Shown: positions 45,521 through 54,863 of the stretch, in pieces
Layout of the letters: every line of letters begins with the position of its first letter
Numbering within the stretch: position 1 is the stretch's first letter
Assembly (NCBI GenBank): GCA_964057225.1
Contig: CAXKVF010000076.1
Span: 124,001 to 188,000 of the forward strand
Source of the DNA: Auanema rhodensis
Taxonomy: Eukaryota; Animalia; Nematoda
DNA length: 64,000 bases
Direction: 5' to 3'
The notes under the pieces: model-generated
Database searches by the model: none
What the model saw: only the letters and a program-made list of their open reading frames with translations
Told to the model about the DNA's origin: nothing
Program-made: the position numbers and the translations under genes

Positions 45521-45791
45521 AGTTTTTAGTATCAAAAATGTTAATGGAACACATATCGAATATCAATTCGATAAGATTGGTGAAACAGATACGTTGACCT
45601 ACAATGAACCAAATGGCAAAGCACTTGTTCATTAAAGTATAACAAATAGCTGTATAGCATATGCATCAAGATTTCTAATATTCTCAAATTACTTGGAAAG
45701 AAGAGTATATAGAAAAAGTTTTAGTGTGTATATTACTAATATTCTAATACCCTAACTCAAAGAACACATATCGATGATTAATTCGATAAGA
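44995..45791. repeat. Cluster of seven ~34-bp palindromic repeats AATGGAACACATATCGAAGGTTAATTCGATAAGA
   Basis: Copies start at about 44995, 45054, 45239, 45294, 45349, 45543 and 45759. The core TATCGAA-N6-TTCGATA is a dyad. Two inverted copies lie in the right TIR (~60559-60651). Confidence 0.9.
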
Positions 45792-45951
45792 TTGTTGAAA
45801 CAGTTGCGCTGACCACAACAATACATGCGTATTTATTAACAGCGGATTGGCAACTGCCACTGTTGACAGCTGTAATATGATACAATGTTGAGTGTTGGCA
45901 ACATTGTTACGTGACAATAAAACAACTGACTGTTCTTGCAATGAAGTGTAA

Positions 45952-45957
45952 TATAAA
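45952..45957 (+). promoter_or_regulatory. Putative TATA box of the pPolB gene
   Basis: TATAAA lies about 70 bp upstream of the proposed ATG at 46023. Confidence 0.35.
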
Positions 45958-46022
45958 TGTGTAAAATGAAATATGGATAACTACCTCTCAGAGTTTGCAT
46001 AATTTTATTCTAACAAGATACA

Positions 46023-47302
46023 ATGGCTGCTAACAGGTTGTGTTTTTTCCTATCTTTTTTTTTTTTTAATTAAAATATTTATTTTCAGTTATAAGCGTGT
46101 ATGTGAAGAGTTGGGGTTCGATTATGAGGAAATTTATCAACTCAGGTAATTTAACAATATTTTTAAAATATACATCTTTGTTTTTTTTTTAGTAAGCGCA
46201 TAAAACTTACCGAGAGTGGTGGTGTTGAGCTGTGTGACCCCGCAATAACCACTTCCAATAGTGGTCCCTCGTCATCAAGGGTTATTGAAGTTATCACCTT
46301 GGATGACAGCGATAATGAGTAAGCTATCGTATAATGAAAAAGCATGAAATTTTTTTTTTTCAGAGAATGGAATCCCGAGATGCCATCAACTAGTGGAGAA
46401 CAATTAGGAGGCGGTTCATCCTTCAACGATATTTGTCAAATAAAGGTACGAGCTTTTAACTTTTTTTTTTTTTTCATGTTACAATTCTTTTCACTCTATA
46501 TCTTTTATTTGATTACATATCTTGAGCAATTTTGAATTCTGCCATCTATTTTTAAACAAATCATCATACATTTGGTGGCTTTTTGAAAAATAAAATAAAA
46601 TCTTATCCCAAATCCATGCCATAATATCATTTATTAAATTTTTATTCATTAAAATACACTTAAATTTAAATATTTTGATGCTCAAAAACTGACACATTTA
46701 AATATTTTGTATTTTTCAAATCATTTCACTCCATCTCTTTCATTTAATTTCATATTTTAAACAATTTTAAATTTTTACCACTACTTTATAATTTTTATTT
46801 ATTAAACTTTTTAATCATTAAATTACACTTAAATTTAAATATTTTGATGCGCAAAAACAGAAACATTTAAATATTTTGTTTTTTTTCTAAACCATTTCAC
46901 TCCATCTATTTTAAACAATTTTATATTTCTACCACTATTTCATAATTTCATTTTTTAAATTTTTAATCATTAAAAAAAAAACATTTAAATTTCAATATTG
47001 TGATGCTCAAAAACTGAAACATGAAATTGATTTATATTTTCTAAGCCATTTCACTTCATCTCTTTTATTTAATCACATATCTTGAACAAATTTAAATTTC
47101 TATCACTTTTTCATAATTTCGTTTATTAAATTTTTAATCACTAAAAAACATTTAAATTTCAATATTGTGATGCTCAAAAACTGAAACATTTAAATATTTT
47201 GTATTTTCTAAACCATTTCACTTCATCTCTTTTATTTATATATATTTTAAACAATTTTATAATTCTACTATTATTTAATTTTTATTTATTAAATTTTTAA
47301 AC

Positions 47303-47333
<31 letters not shown>

Positions 47334-50300
47334 TGATGCTCAAAAACTGAAACATTTAAATATTTTGTATTTTTCTAATCGTTTTGAAACAAACTAAACA
47401 TATATTTGAAAACATTTCAATTAAATAAAAAAAAATAACGACTATAACAAACAAAGAGACATAATAATTTTAAGCAAAAGATGAAACAATTCATATATAT
47501 TCTTAAAACTATTTTTATTTAAACTTTTAAAAATAAAAATAAAAAAAGCATGTAAACTGTTATAAATGTTGTTTATTATAGTGGTCACACCGGCGCATAA
47601 AACGCACCGGTCGTTTTACCAACGTGGTCGTTCGATCGCTCACGTTCCCACACTTGGAAAATGTTGATGAACCAATGCATGTTATCATGCCGCGGTTATT
47701 CAACGAATTCCTTGATCGTTGTCTTGCTGAAAGCGGTGTGCCTGATAAGCAAAAAGCCTTATTTTGTTTATCAATTGAGCACCCTTCCTTTGAAAAGGGC
47801 TCCATATTTATGGACTTTCGTAGAAGGGAGCATCTGGATGGCGTAGCCATTATGAATGCCATCAGCAAGGTGCAGCAATCAAAACGAGAGGCTGTGATCA
47901 GCCAGGCAATGAATATTGAGATGTATGTGTTTGATGAAAGGCCAGCGCAGCCAAGCCTGATGCCTGGTGAAGGTAGAGTCGGGTTTTATTTTGACCCCGA
48001 ACTCAAAATACCTGGAACCATTGCCAACACTGACTCACATTGTCTGGCTAGATCAGCAGTTGTGGGAATGTGGAAAGCTGACGAGCTGGCCACTGAAGAT
48101 GGCGATGAGAAGCGAAGGCTGCAAAACCTTCGTCGCAATTACATCTTATTGCCAAATCAGCCACACCATATCAATTTATTAAATAGGTGTGGTATTTCTG
48201 TAGATTTACCAAATTATAATTTAATTCATTTAAACATTATTGCCAGCTGTAATACAAACTATAAGTTTGTAGTATATGCTAGACCGCCTGGACAGCGTAT
48301 GTACACTATCCAGAAAATATTTAATGAAGCGGCTAGCAAATTGGTAACACTAGGTTACCGAAATAATCACTATGATTGTATTACAGCTGGTAGTCGTTCG
48401 AAAATTTTTGATGGTATTATATGTCAACACTGTAAGTTATCTTACAATACAGTGTTGCATAGATGTAAAGCCAAATGTAAAAAATGCCACACCTATAATT
48501 GTAATGCGATGGGGAATGTGGTTGAGAGTAGCGTGAGGTGTGATAGTTGTAGAGTTTTGTTTAAAACTCAACAATGCTTCGATAGGCATTTGCGAAAAGC
48601 CTGCCGAAAATTCAAGGTATTTTGTGAAAATTTAAAGTTGTACATAACAAGCTTAAATTCAGACATATGTGGCGTGTGATCACTATCACATGGTCCGTGC
48701 TGATAGACCGCACAATTGCAATGAAAAATTCTGCAAAAAGTGCGGTCAGACAAAGCCTGAAGAGCACTCTTGTTGTTGGGTTCCACCTAACGACAAGAAG
48801 AAGGCTCAGCTAAAAAAGAAGCAAGAAAAGTTCAAGGTTTGTATTTAACATCTTTACAAGTGTAATGCTTACTTGTTTAAGATTATATTTTATGACTTTG
48901 AAACAGTTGTGTTAAAAAACGGCACAAATGTTCATGAATATGCAGATGAACAATGGCCCAATATGGTTGTGTATAACAAATTTTGTGAAAGTTGTATAGA
49001 TGCCAATTCCTGTGAGAAATGCACAACCAAGGAGGGCCATTTTGGGTACCAACAAGGTGATAGTGAATGGTCTGTAACAGATCGTTTCCTTGATTGGTTA
49101 CTCAACTTTTCTGAGAATGATAATGCAATTTTGATTGCGCACAACGGGTCGCGCTTTGACATACATTTCTTGGTGTCTAGGCTGATAAACCGTGGAATAT
49201 ATCCTGACCCCATTTTAAATGGGACCAAGATTATTAGCATGGTTGTCAAGCCATTAAGAGGTCAAAACATTAACCATTTATGTTTTAAAGATAGTTATTT
49301 ACTAGTGCCTTTACCCTTATCAGCGTTACCCAAGGCATTTGGTGTACCTGATATGAGTAAAGGACAATTCCCATACCTCTTTAACCACCCAATAAATTAT
49401 GGCAAAGTGCTACCATCCTTGCCACCAAAGCATTACTATTGTACTGCTAGAATGAAAGCAGAAGACCTAGCTTCATTCAATATTTGGTATGAGGAGCGTA
49501 ATCAAAGTGTGTTTGATTTTGATGAGGAGCTTCTGGAATATTGTAGGACAGATGTCCGTATTTTAACCAACTGTATGAAAGTGTACATGAAGTTGGCAAC
49601 CGCCACCACTGGCTGGAATCCTGTCATACAATGTATGACATTTGCCAGTTTCTCTTTATTCCAGGCAAGTTTTTTAAAATACAAGCATTTTCAAAACTAG
49701 TATATTACAGTTGAAAATGAACCACATTAAAGAGAACCAAGTGGGTATTCTGCCTGAGACTGGTTATTATGCCGGCCAGAAGCAGAGTATAATTGCCATA
49801 AAATACATTAAATGGCTAGAACACGGATTAGGCCGCCCATTAATGCATAAGCTTAATGGTGGTGAATTTGTTGTGCGAGTAGATGGCCAACGCTATCTAC
49901 TTGATGCTTATGACAGTGTGGCTAATCACGGCTATGAGGTGAGTAATTTGTAATAAATGTAAAAAATGATAAAATTTTGTAGTTTAATGGCTGTATTTAT
50001 CATGGTTGCCCCCAGTGCACCAACAAGACTGCTATTGCACCAGGCAGAAATGGTGAAACAATGGAAGAGGTAAGCAATACTTTTTTAATCATTTTAAGCT
50101 GAAACATTTAGGTTTATGAAAAAACCATGAAAAGGCTTGAGGCTATTCAAAGCCAGGGCATTAGTGTAACCACTGTGTGGGAACACGAAATTACTGCTCA
50201 AATGTCATCAAATGAGCAAATGGCAAATTTTATGAAGGACACTGAGGTTGTAACTCGATTGGCACCTCGAGATGCCTTCACCGGCGGCCGAACTCAAACA

Positions 50301-51811
50301 TATAAGCTTCTGGCCCAAGCTTCGGATAGATACTCACTAGAGTATGTGGACTTTTGTTCACTTTATCCATATGTAACGGCATTTGATGCCTATTACCCTG
50401 TGGGTAATCCTAAAGTGATTACTGAGGGCTTTGAGAGTTTTGAGGCATGCTGCCCATACAAGGGCCTTGTGAAATGTGACGTGCTTGCACCCACAAATTT
50501 GATGTATCCTGTATTAGGAACACGCATAGGCGGTAAATTAATTTTTACAAACTGCCGCACATGTGCAAACAGAGGCAAAAATGTAACATGCCCGCACCAA
50601 GATGATGAAGACGCTCGAAAGCTGCATCTGACTGTAACGCATGTAGAGCTCGAATGTGCCATACAGCGTGGCTACAAAGTGCTTCATGTTTATGAGGTTT
50701 GGCACTGGGATGAATGGCAGCAAGGCGGCCTATTCAAGGATTTTGTACAAAAGTACATAAAAATTAAGCAAGAGGCATCGGGCTGGCCTAAGCCAAATAT
50801 GACAGAGGCTGAAAAGGTATGTGTCATGAAAAGTATGGCATTAAATAGAATTTTACAGCTAAAATATCTCCAAGAGCACGAGGAGAACACTGGTGTTGCT
50901 CTGGATAGCAACAAAATTGAAAAGAATGCGGCCATGCGTAGCATTGCCAAACTACAGCTGAATAGGTATGTAAACTTTTAAAAATAAAAATTTACAAATT
51001 TGTTTATAGTGTATGGGGTAAAATGGGTCAAAGACCGGATAAAGCCCAAACCAAGATTATTGGTGTTGAGGATCCTGAAATTGGTAGGATCATAACTGAT
51101 CCTGCAAGGGAACTCACGGGCTTCAAAATTGTGGACGATGTGGCGTACTGTACAACAGTGCCAGAAGACTCACACCTGGCACCAGCGCCGTTTACAAATG
51201 TAGCCATAGCGGCTTATACAACCGCTCATGCAAGGCTACTATTGTATAAGGCAATGGAAAAAATTGGAAAGAACTTGGTGTATACAGGTAATTTTATACT
51301 TTGTATACAATTTAAACGTACATCATTTAGACACCGATTCTCTAATTTATTTAAAATGCCTCGATCAGCCTGATCCAATTGAGGATATGAAGGGTGAATG
51401 GTTAGGTAAACTAACCTCAGAAATACCCGATGGTTGGTCAATGACCAAATTTGTTTCACCAGCTGCAAAAGTTTATAGTTATGAGCTAGTAAATGCAGCT
51501 GGTCAGGTCAAGTATATCACCAAGGCAAAGGGAGTGGTAAGTATAAAAATATATTATTGAGAAACTTTTTAAAATTACAGACGCTGGACCACACGGCAGC
51601 CACCGTGGTAAACTATCAAAGTATGGAGCGATTGGTTCGAGGACTCGTGATGGATGGAGAAAAATTGGTTTTAAAAACCAAAACAACGTTATTAAAGAGG
51701 CAGCTTGGTGCCATATCCACAATGGACATGACAAAGAGTACCAAGGTCGTAATGGATAAACTTTGTTATCTAGACGATTTTAGTACTTTACCCTATGGTT
51801 ATTGTGAATAA
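46023..51811 (+). CDS. polB: Protein-primed family B DNA polymerase precursor (N-terminal/terminal-protein region, OTU-like protease, Zn fingers, 3'-5' exonuclease, Vsr-like insert, polymerase); 14 exons, ~1370 aa
   Basis: Exons: 46023-46036, 46089-46145, 46193-46318, 46364-46445, 47582-48616, 48663-48836, 48882-49664, 49711-49938, 49983-50069, 50112-50816, 50859-50965, 51010-51287, 51331-51536, 51581-51811 (4113 nt, phases consistent, no internal stop). Motifs: ExoI YDFET, ExoII HNGSRFD, ExoIII YCRTDV, motif A DFCSLYP, motif B KLQLNSVWGK (across intron 11), motif C YTDTDS (across intron 12), KAKGV and C-terminal LPYGY. Exons 1-4 are less certain than exons 5-14. Confidence 0.92.
46500..47380. 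repeat. Degenerate AT-rich ~167-bp tandem repeat (about 5 units) plus a 28-nt poly(A), inside pPolB intron 4 (46446-47581)
   Basis: The anchor TGATGC(T/G)CAAAAAC(T/A)GA(A/C)ACAT occurs at 46676, 46845, 47001, 47168 and 47334 (spacings 169, 156, 167, 166). The A-run spans 47306-47333. Confidence 0.85.
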
Positions 51812-51899
51812 TTTTTAATATATTTGAATTTATAAATTTTATTATCGCGTGTATATTTGTATATGGTTGTATTTATAGATTTTTATGTATAGTTGTATT

Positions 51900-51942
51900 A
51901 ATAAATTTTATTCTTCTCATCAAATGTTTTAAAGAGTTTATT
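51900..51942. terminator. Back-to-back polyadenylation signals between convergent pPolB and major capsid genes
   Basis: AATAAA at 51900-51905 on the + strand; TTTATT at 51907-51912 and 51937-51942, which read AATAAA on the - strand. Confidence 0.5.
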
Positions 51943-51949
51943 ACATACA

Positions 51950-53176
51950 TTACAAACTGGTATCAATATATGGAGCACGATTGTTGTCAATTGAAAGAAT
52001 AGAGTCATATTCTGCATAAACAATAGCATATAAACCCTCTTGCGGCGTTTGTTGACCAAATTCCAATTTCAGGGCCACATTACCTTGTCGTATAACATCA
52101 AATAACTCGGACGAGTGTACAGTCGGTGAAATATCAAATACAAAAAATGTGAAGCCGGTTTTATACATTGCTGGTGTAATACCATTGGATGAATCTGTAC
52201 GACCAAGACCCAAACCCTCCAACATGTCAATATATGCTGTGGCATAGGAAGAACGCCATTCTAAATTATAAGGGCGGGTAGGTATTACCCGATTGTTGAG
52301 CGTCAAGTATATATTTTTCAATTCAAACGGTTTAAAGTTGAATGGCGAATGTTTAAAAGTACCATTATAGGCGTGTGCGCCGACAAGACCTACTACAACA
52401 CGTTTCGGTGTATGCGACGTGAATAATATGTTATTGGGTGAATCCAAACGGCCTCCTTCTATGAAATAAGAGCGCATTTTCACTGACGTCATGGGGTAGT
52501 GTATTCGTTCCTTTACAAGTTTATCTTCTATAGCCATAGCTAATCCAGCGTTTAGATCAAACTCTTGAATAAGCAAGTGCACATCGTTGATATCTATTTT
52601 CAGGTTTGGAAACTCCTCCTTCATTGCAGCATCCTTGCTTTCATTATTCCATCCAAGTGTGTCAATTAAGAAATTATCACGGTTTGGATATGCAGTTAGC
52701 TCCATTTTTGAATAGTTTACAAACAGTCGTTCCTGATTGAATTTGACGCCTGATATGGCAAGTTTGCTCTCTTTAACATCGTTGCTATACATTAGAATAT
52801 TCTCAATATATGTTTTGTAGGCATGATTTACGGTAGAGTCATACACGCTAACATCACCAATTTTTAAATGATACGAGTGTATCAAACTGGCTGCAAATTG
52901 TTGGCATGGTGCAAAAACAAGGTTGTCTGGTACTGGATCACCGTTTGTGGTTACAATTTTGAATTTTACATTCAACCAACACCTTCTCAGATTAAGAAAT
53001 GATTTGGAATTTTGGGCTATAACAAATTCCCATGGTCCTTGAGGAAGAAAAGTATTTTTTAAAGGAACTTGTACAGTACGAGTGGATTCAACACCTAATG
53101 CCGACGCCGGTATGTCACTATAATTAATATTAGGTAAAAGTGCTTGTGCTGATTTTGAATCTATCAATTTAGCCAT
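51950..53176 (-). CDS. Double jelly-roll major capsid protein (Polinton PY type), 408 aa
   Basis: Recognisable Polinton MCP blocks: GPWEFVI, PKRVVVGLV..AYNG.FKHSPFNFKPF, GFTFFVFDISP, GNVALKLEF, IVYAEYDSILSID. Confidence 0.9.
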   Translation of the reverse strand: MAKLIDSKSAQALLPNINYSDIPASALGVESTRTVQVPLKNTFLPQGPWEFVIAQNSKSFLNLRRCWLNVKFKIVTTNGDPVPDNLVFAPCQQFAASLIHSYHLKIGDVSVYDSTVNHAYKTYIENILMYSNDVKESKLAISGVKFNQERLFVNYSKMELTAYPNRDNFLIDTLGWNNESKDAAMKEEFPNLKIDINDVHLLIQEFDLNAGLAMAIEDKLVKERIHYPMTSVKMRSYFIEGGRLDSPNNILFTSHTPKRVVVGLVGAHAYNGTFKHSPFNFKPFELKNIYLTLNNRVIPTRPYNLEWRSSYATAYIDMLEGLGLGRTDSSNGITPAMYKTGFTFFVFDISPTVHSSELFDVIRQGNVALKLEFGQQTPQEGLYAIVYAEYDSILSIDNNRAPYIDTSL

Positions 53177-53629
53177 TTAAATACGATACGACCGCTCACG
53201 AGTTATGCACAGACGCTTATGAGGTTTTGTGGTTTTGCGTCGTCGCCGCTTGCCCAAACCGGTAAGATCTCGTATAGCCTGCCGGCCGGCTGTTTTAAGA
53301 GTTTGCTTGATATTATCGCCCTTGAGCACCCCATCAACAATTTCATTGCTAGTTTTTAGCAACTGGCCGCCAAGAGGTGAATTTACAACTGGACTATTGC
53401 TTACAGCACTGGATAATGCATTCCTTCCAGCATTGATGAGATTTTGGGCTATAGGTGATTGAATAATGCGTGGTAAAAACGATGCCAATGTTGCCAGTAT
53501 ACCACCCAGGCCATGACCTCTCTGCATACCACGTTGAAACATCATTCCACTAAATGGCGCCCCACCCATTTGTTGATTCAAAAGTGTTGTCCATTGAATT
53601 GAGTTCAAGTCTAGAAGGAGGTGTGGCAT
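53177..53629 (-). CDS. Gly-rich virion core/membrane-lytic (adenovirus pVI-like) precursor, ~150 aa from ATG 53629
   Basis: QRGHG is followed by an amphipathic helix LGGILATLASFLPRII, and the C-terminus is basic (LTGLGKRRRRK). The gene abuts the MCP gene. The functional label is an inference. Confidence 0.7.
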   Translation of the reverse strand: MPHLLLDLNSIQWTTLLNQQMGGAPFSGMMFQRGMQRGHGLGGILATLASFLPRIIQSPIAQNLINAGRNALSSAVSNSPVVNSPLGGQLLKTSNEIVDGVLKGDNIKQTLKTAGRQAIRDLTGLGKRRRRKTTKPHKRLCITRERSYRI

Positions 53630-53679
53630 ATTGAACCGCACGTGCGCAATACAAAAGTTACACTAGATCATTTTACTAA

Positions 53680-54135
53680 ATGTATTCGTCTGAAATAGCG
53701 TCACTATTGCGATCTGTCCGCATCACTCGAAAACTATTCCTCGGTGTATTTAGCGCGGATACTCTACCCAAAACACGTCGAAAGAACTTTGCACTTGTTG
53801 TAAATACTGACACACACGATAAACCGGGCACACATTGGCAAGTCATCTTTGTACGTAATGATCAAGCCTACTTTTTCTGTAGCTTGGGTTATAAAATGAA
53901 CAAGTACATTCGTCATTATCTGGCCAAATATAAAAATGTAAAAGTTAATACTTGCAAACCACAACGCATAATTGAATACACTTGTGGTGGTTATGCAATA
54001 TTTGTAATACTAATGTTGTCAGCTGGTAATACATTTGAAAGCATTTGTTCATTTTTTAAACTATTACAAAACGATGATGTCTTTATTAAAGCGTTTATGC
54101 ATAAAGTATTCGACTATAAATTATCTAGCATATGA
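53680..54135 (+). CDS. Adenain-like (clan CE) cysteine maturation protease, 151 aa
   Basis: VNTD...PGTHW (catalytic His) and PQ.....TCGGY (oxyanion Gln, catalytic Cys), with the N-terminal FLGVFSADTLP block typical of Polinton proteases. Confidence 0.9.
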   Translation: MYSSEIASLLRSVRITRKLFLGVFSADTLPKTRRKNFALVVNTDTHDKPGTHWQVIFVRNDQAYFFCSLGYKMNKYIRHYLAKYKNVKVNTCKPQRIIEYTCGGYAIFVILMLSAGNTFESICSFFKLLQNDDVFIKAFMHKVFDYKLSSI

Positions 54136-54393
54136 TCAACCTCGCCATTAAAACGTCACCTGCTACATTAGGTGGTCAGTTATGAATATTCCCTGTCACT
54201 GTGAATTATGTATAAGATACACGTTGGAACAATCTGTGCCAACACCCCTGTACAAAAAGATTTTGAAACGTATTTCAGTGCCATTCATTAAAGGAATATC
54301 TCTGGGACTAGGCTTTTGTACAACACTAGTCATTATTCCACTCATTATATAAAAGTGAGTTGACTGTGTGTGGTTGTTTTTTATTTTCCTCTA

Positions 54394-54858
54394 ATGGAAC
54401 TTTTATGTAACAAGTATTGTGTTACGTGCAAGGAAATATTTTCATCAGCCAAGCATTTTAGTGATCACGTATTAAAAAGACATGACGGGATTCAACCCGT
54501 ATGTAACAGTTATATCAGCAATGCTGACTTTATTCAAAAATATGGACATTTGGATGGTGTTCGTAGACGTTTGTGCCCTTATTGTAGTGAAACTTTTGGA
54601 ACAAGATTCAATTGTCAGCGTCATATTCGGCGTCTTCATAATAGTAATGGAACGAATGGTAAAGATGGTGATGGAAATGATACCAGCGAACCCTCTGAAA
54701 AAACTGAGGAGTTTGTACAGTCAACCGAACCAAAACGATGCCGCTGCAATAGTAACCGAGAATATTCACAACACGAGCCGCGCATCGAACAAAACGGCGC
54801 TGAACTACCTTTTAAACCTTCGAAAATCGTAATGTGGTCTTGTATAACTGTTGAATAA
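54394..54858 (+). CDS. C2H2 zinc-finger protein (two fingers), ~154 aa
   Basis: CVTC-x12-HVLKRH and CPYC-x12-HIRRLH. TATATAAAAG lies at 54346-54355 upstream of ATG 54394, and AATAAA overlaps the stop. Confidence 0.8.
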   Translation: MELLCNKYCVTCKEIFSSAKHFSDHVLKRHDGIQPVCNSYISNADFIQKYGHLDGVRRRLCPYCSETFGTRFNCQRHIRRLHNSNGTNGKDGDGNDTSEPSEKTEEFVQSTEPKRCRCNSNREYSQHEPRIEQNGAELPFKPSKIVMWSCITVE

Positions 54859-54863
54859 AACAT

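Noticed and set aside
44995-45791. CRISPR-like array of 34-bp palindromic repeats
   Set aside because: Spacers are irregular (21 to about 180 bp), two are near-identical, there are no cas genes, the context is eukaryotic, and the repeats are part of the TIR.
45369-46697. Short ORFs 45369-45632, 45744-45941, 46163-46426, 46491-46697 (-) and 46344-46535 (+) as independent genes
   Set aside because: They lie in TIR or repeat DNA or antisense to pPolB exons. The + ORF is exon 4 plus intron sequence.
47306-47333. Poly(A) as the tail of a retroposed insertion
   Set aside because: No TSD or element body is evident, and it sits where other repeat units have a short A-run, so slippage is more likely.
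47624-51811. pPolB as a frameshifted pseudogene or as several separate genes
   Set aside because: Every break coincides with a 42-46 nt intron with proper splice signals, and splicing restores the frame and the catalytic motifs.
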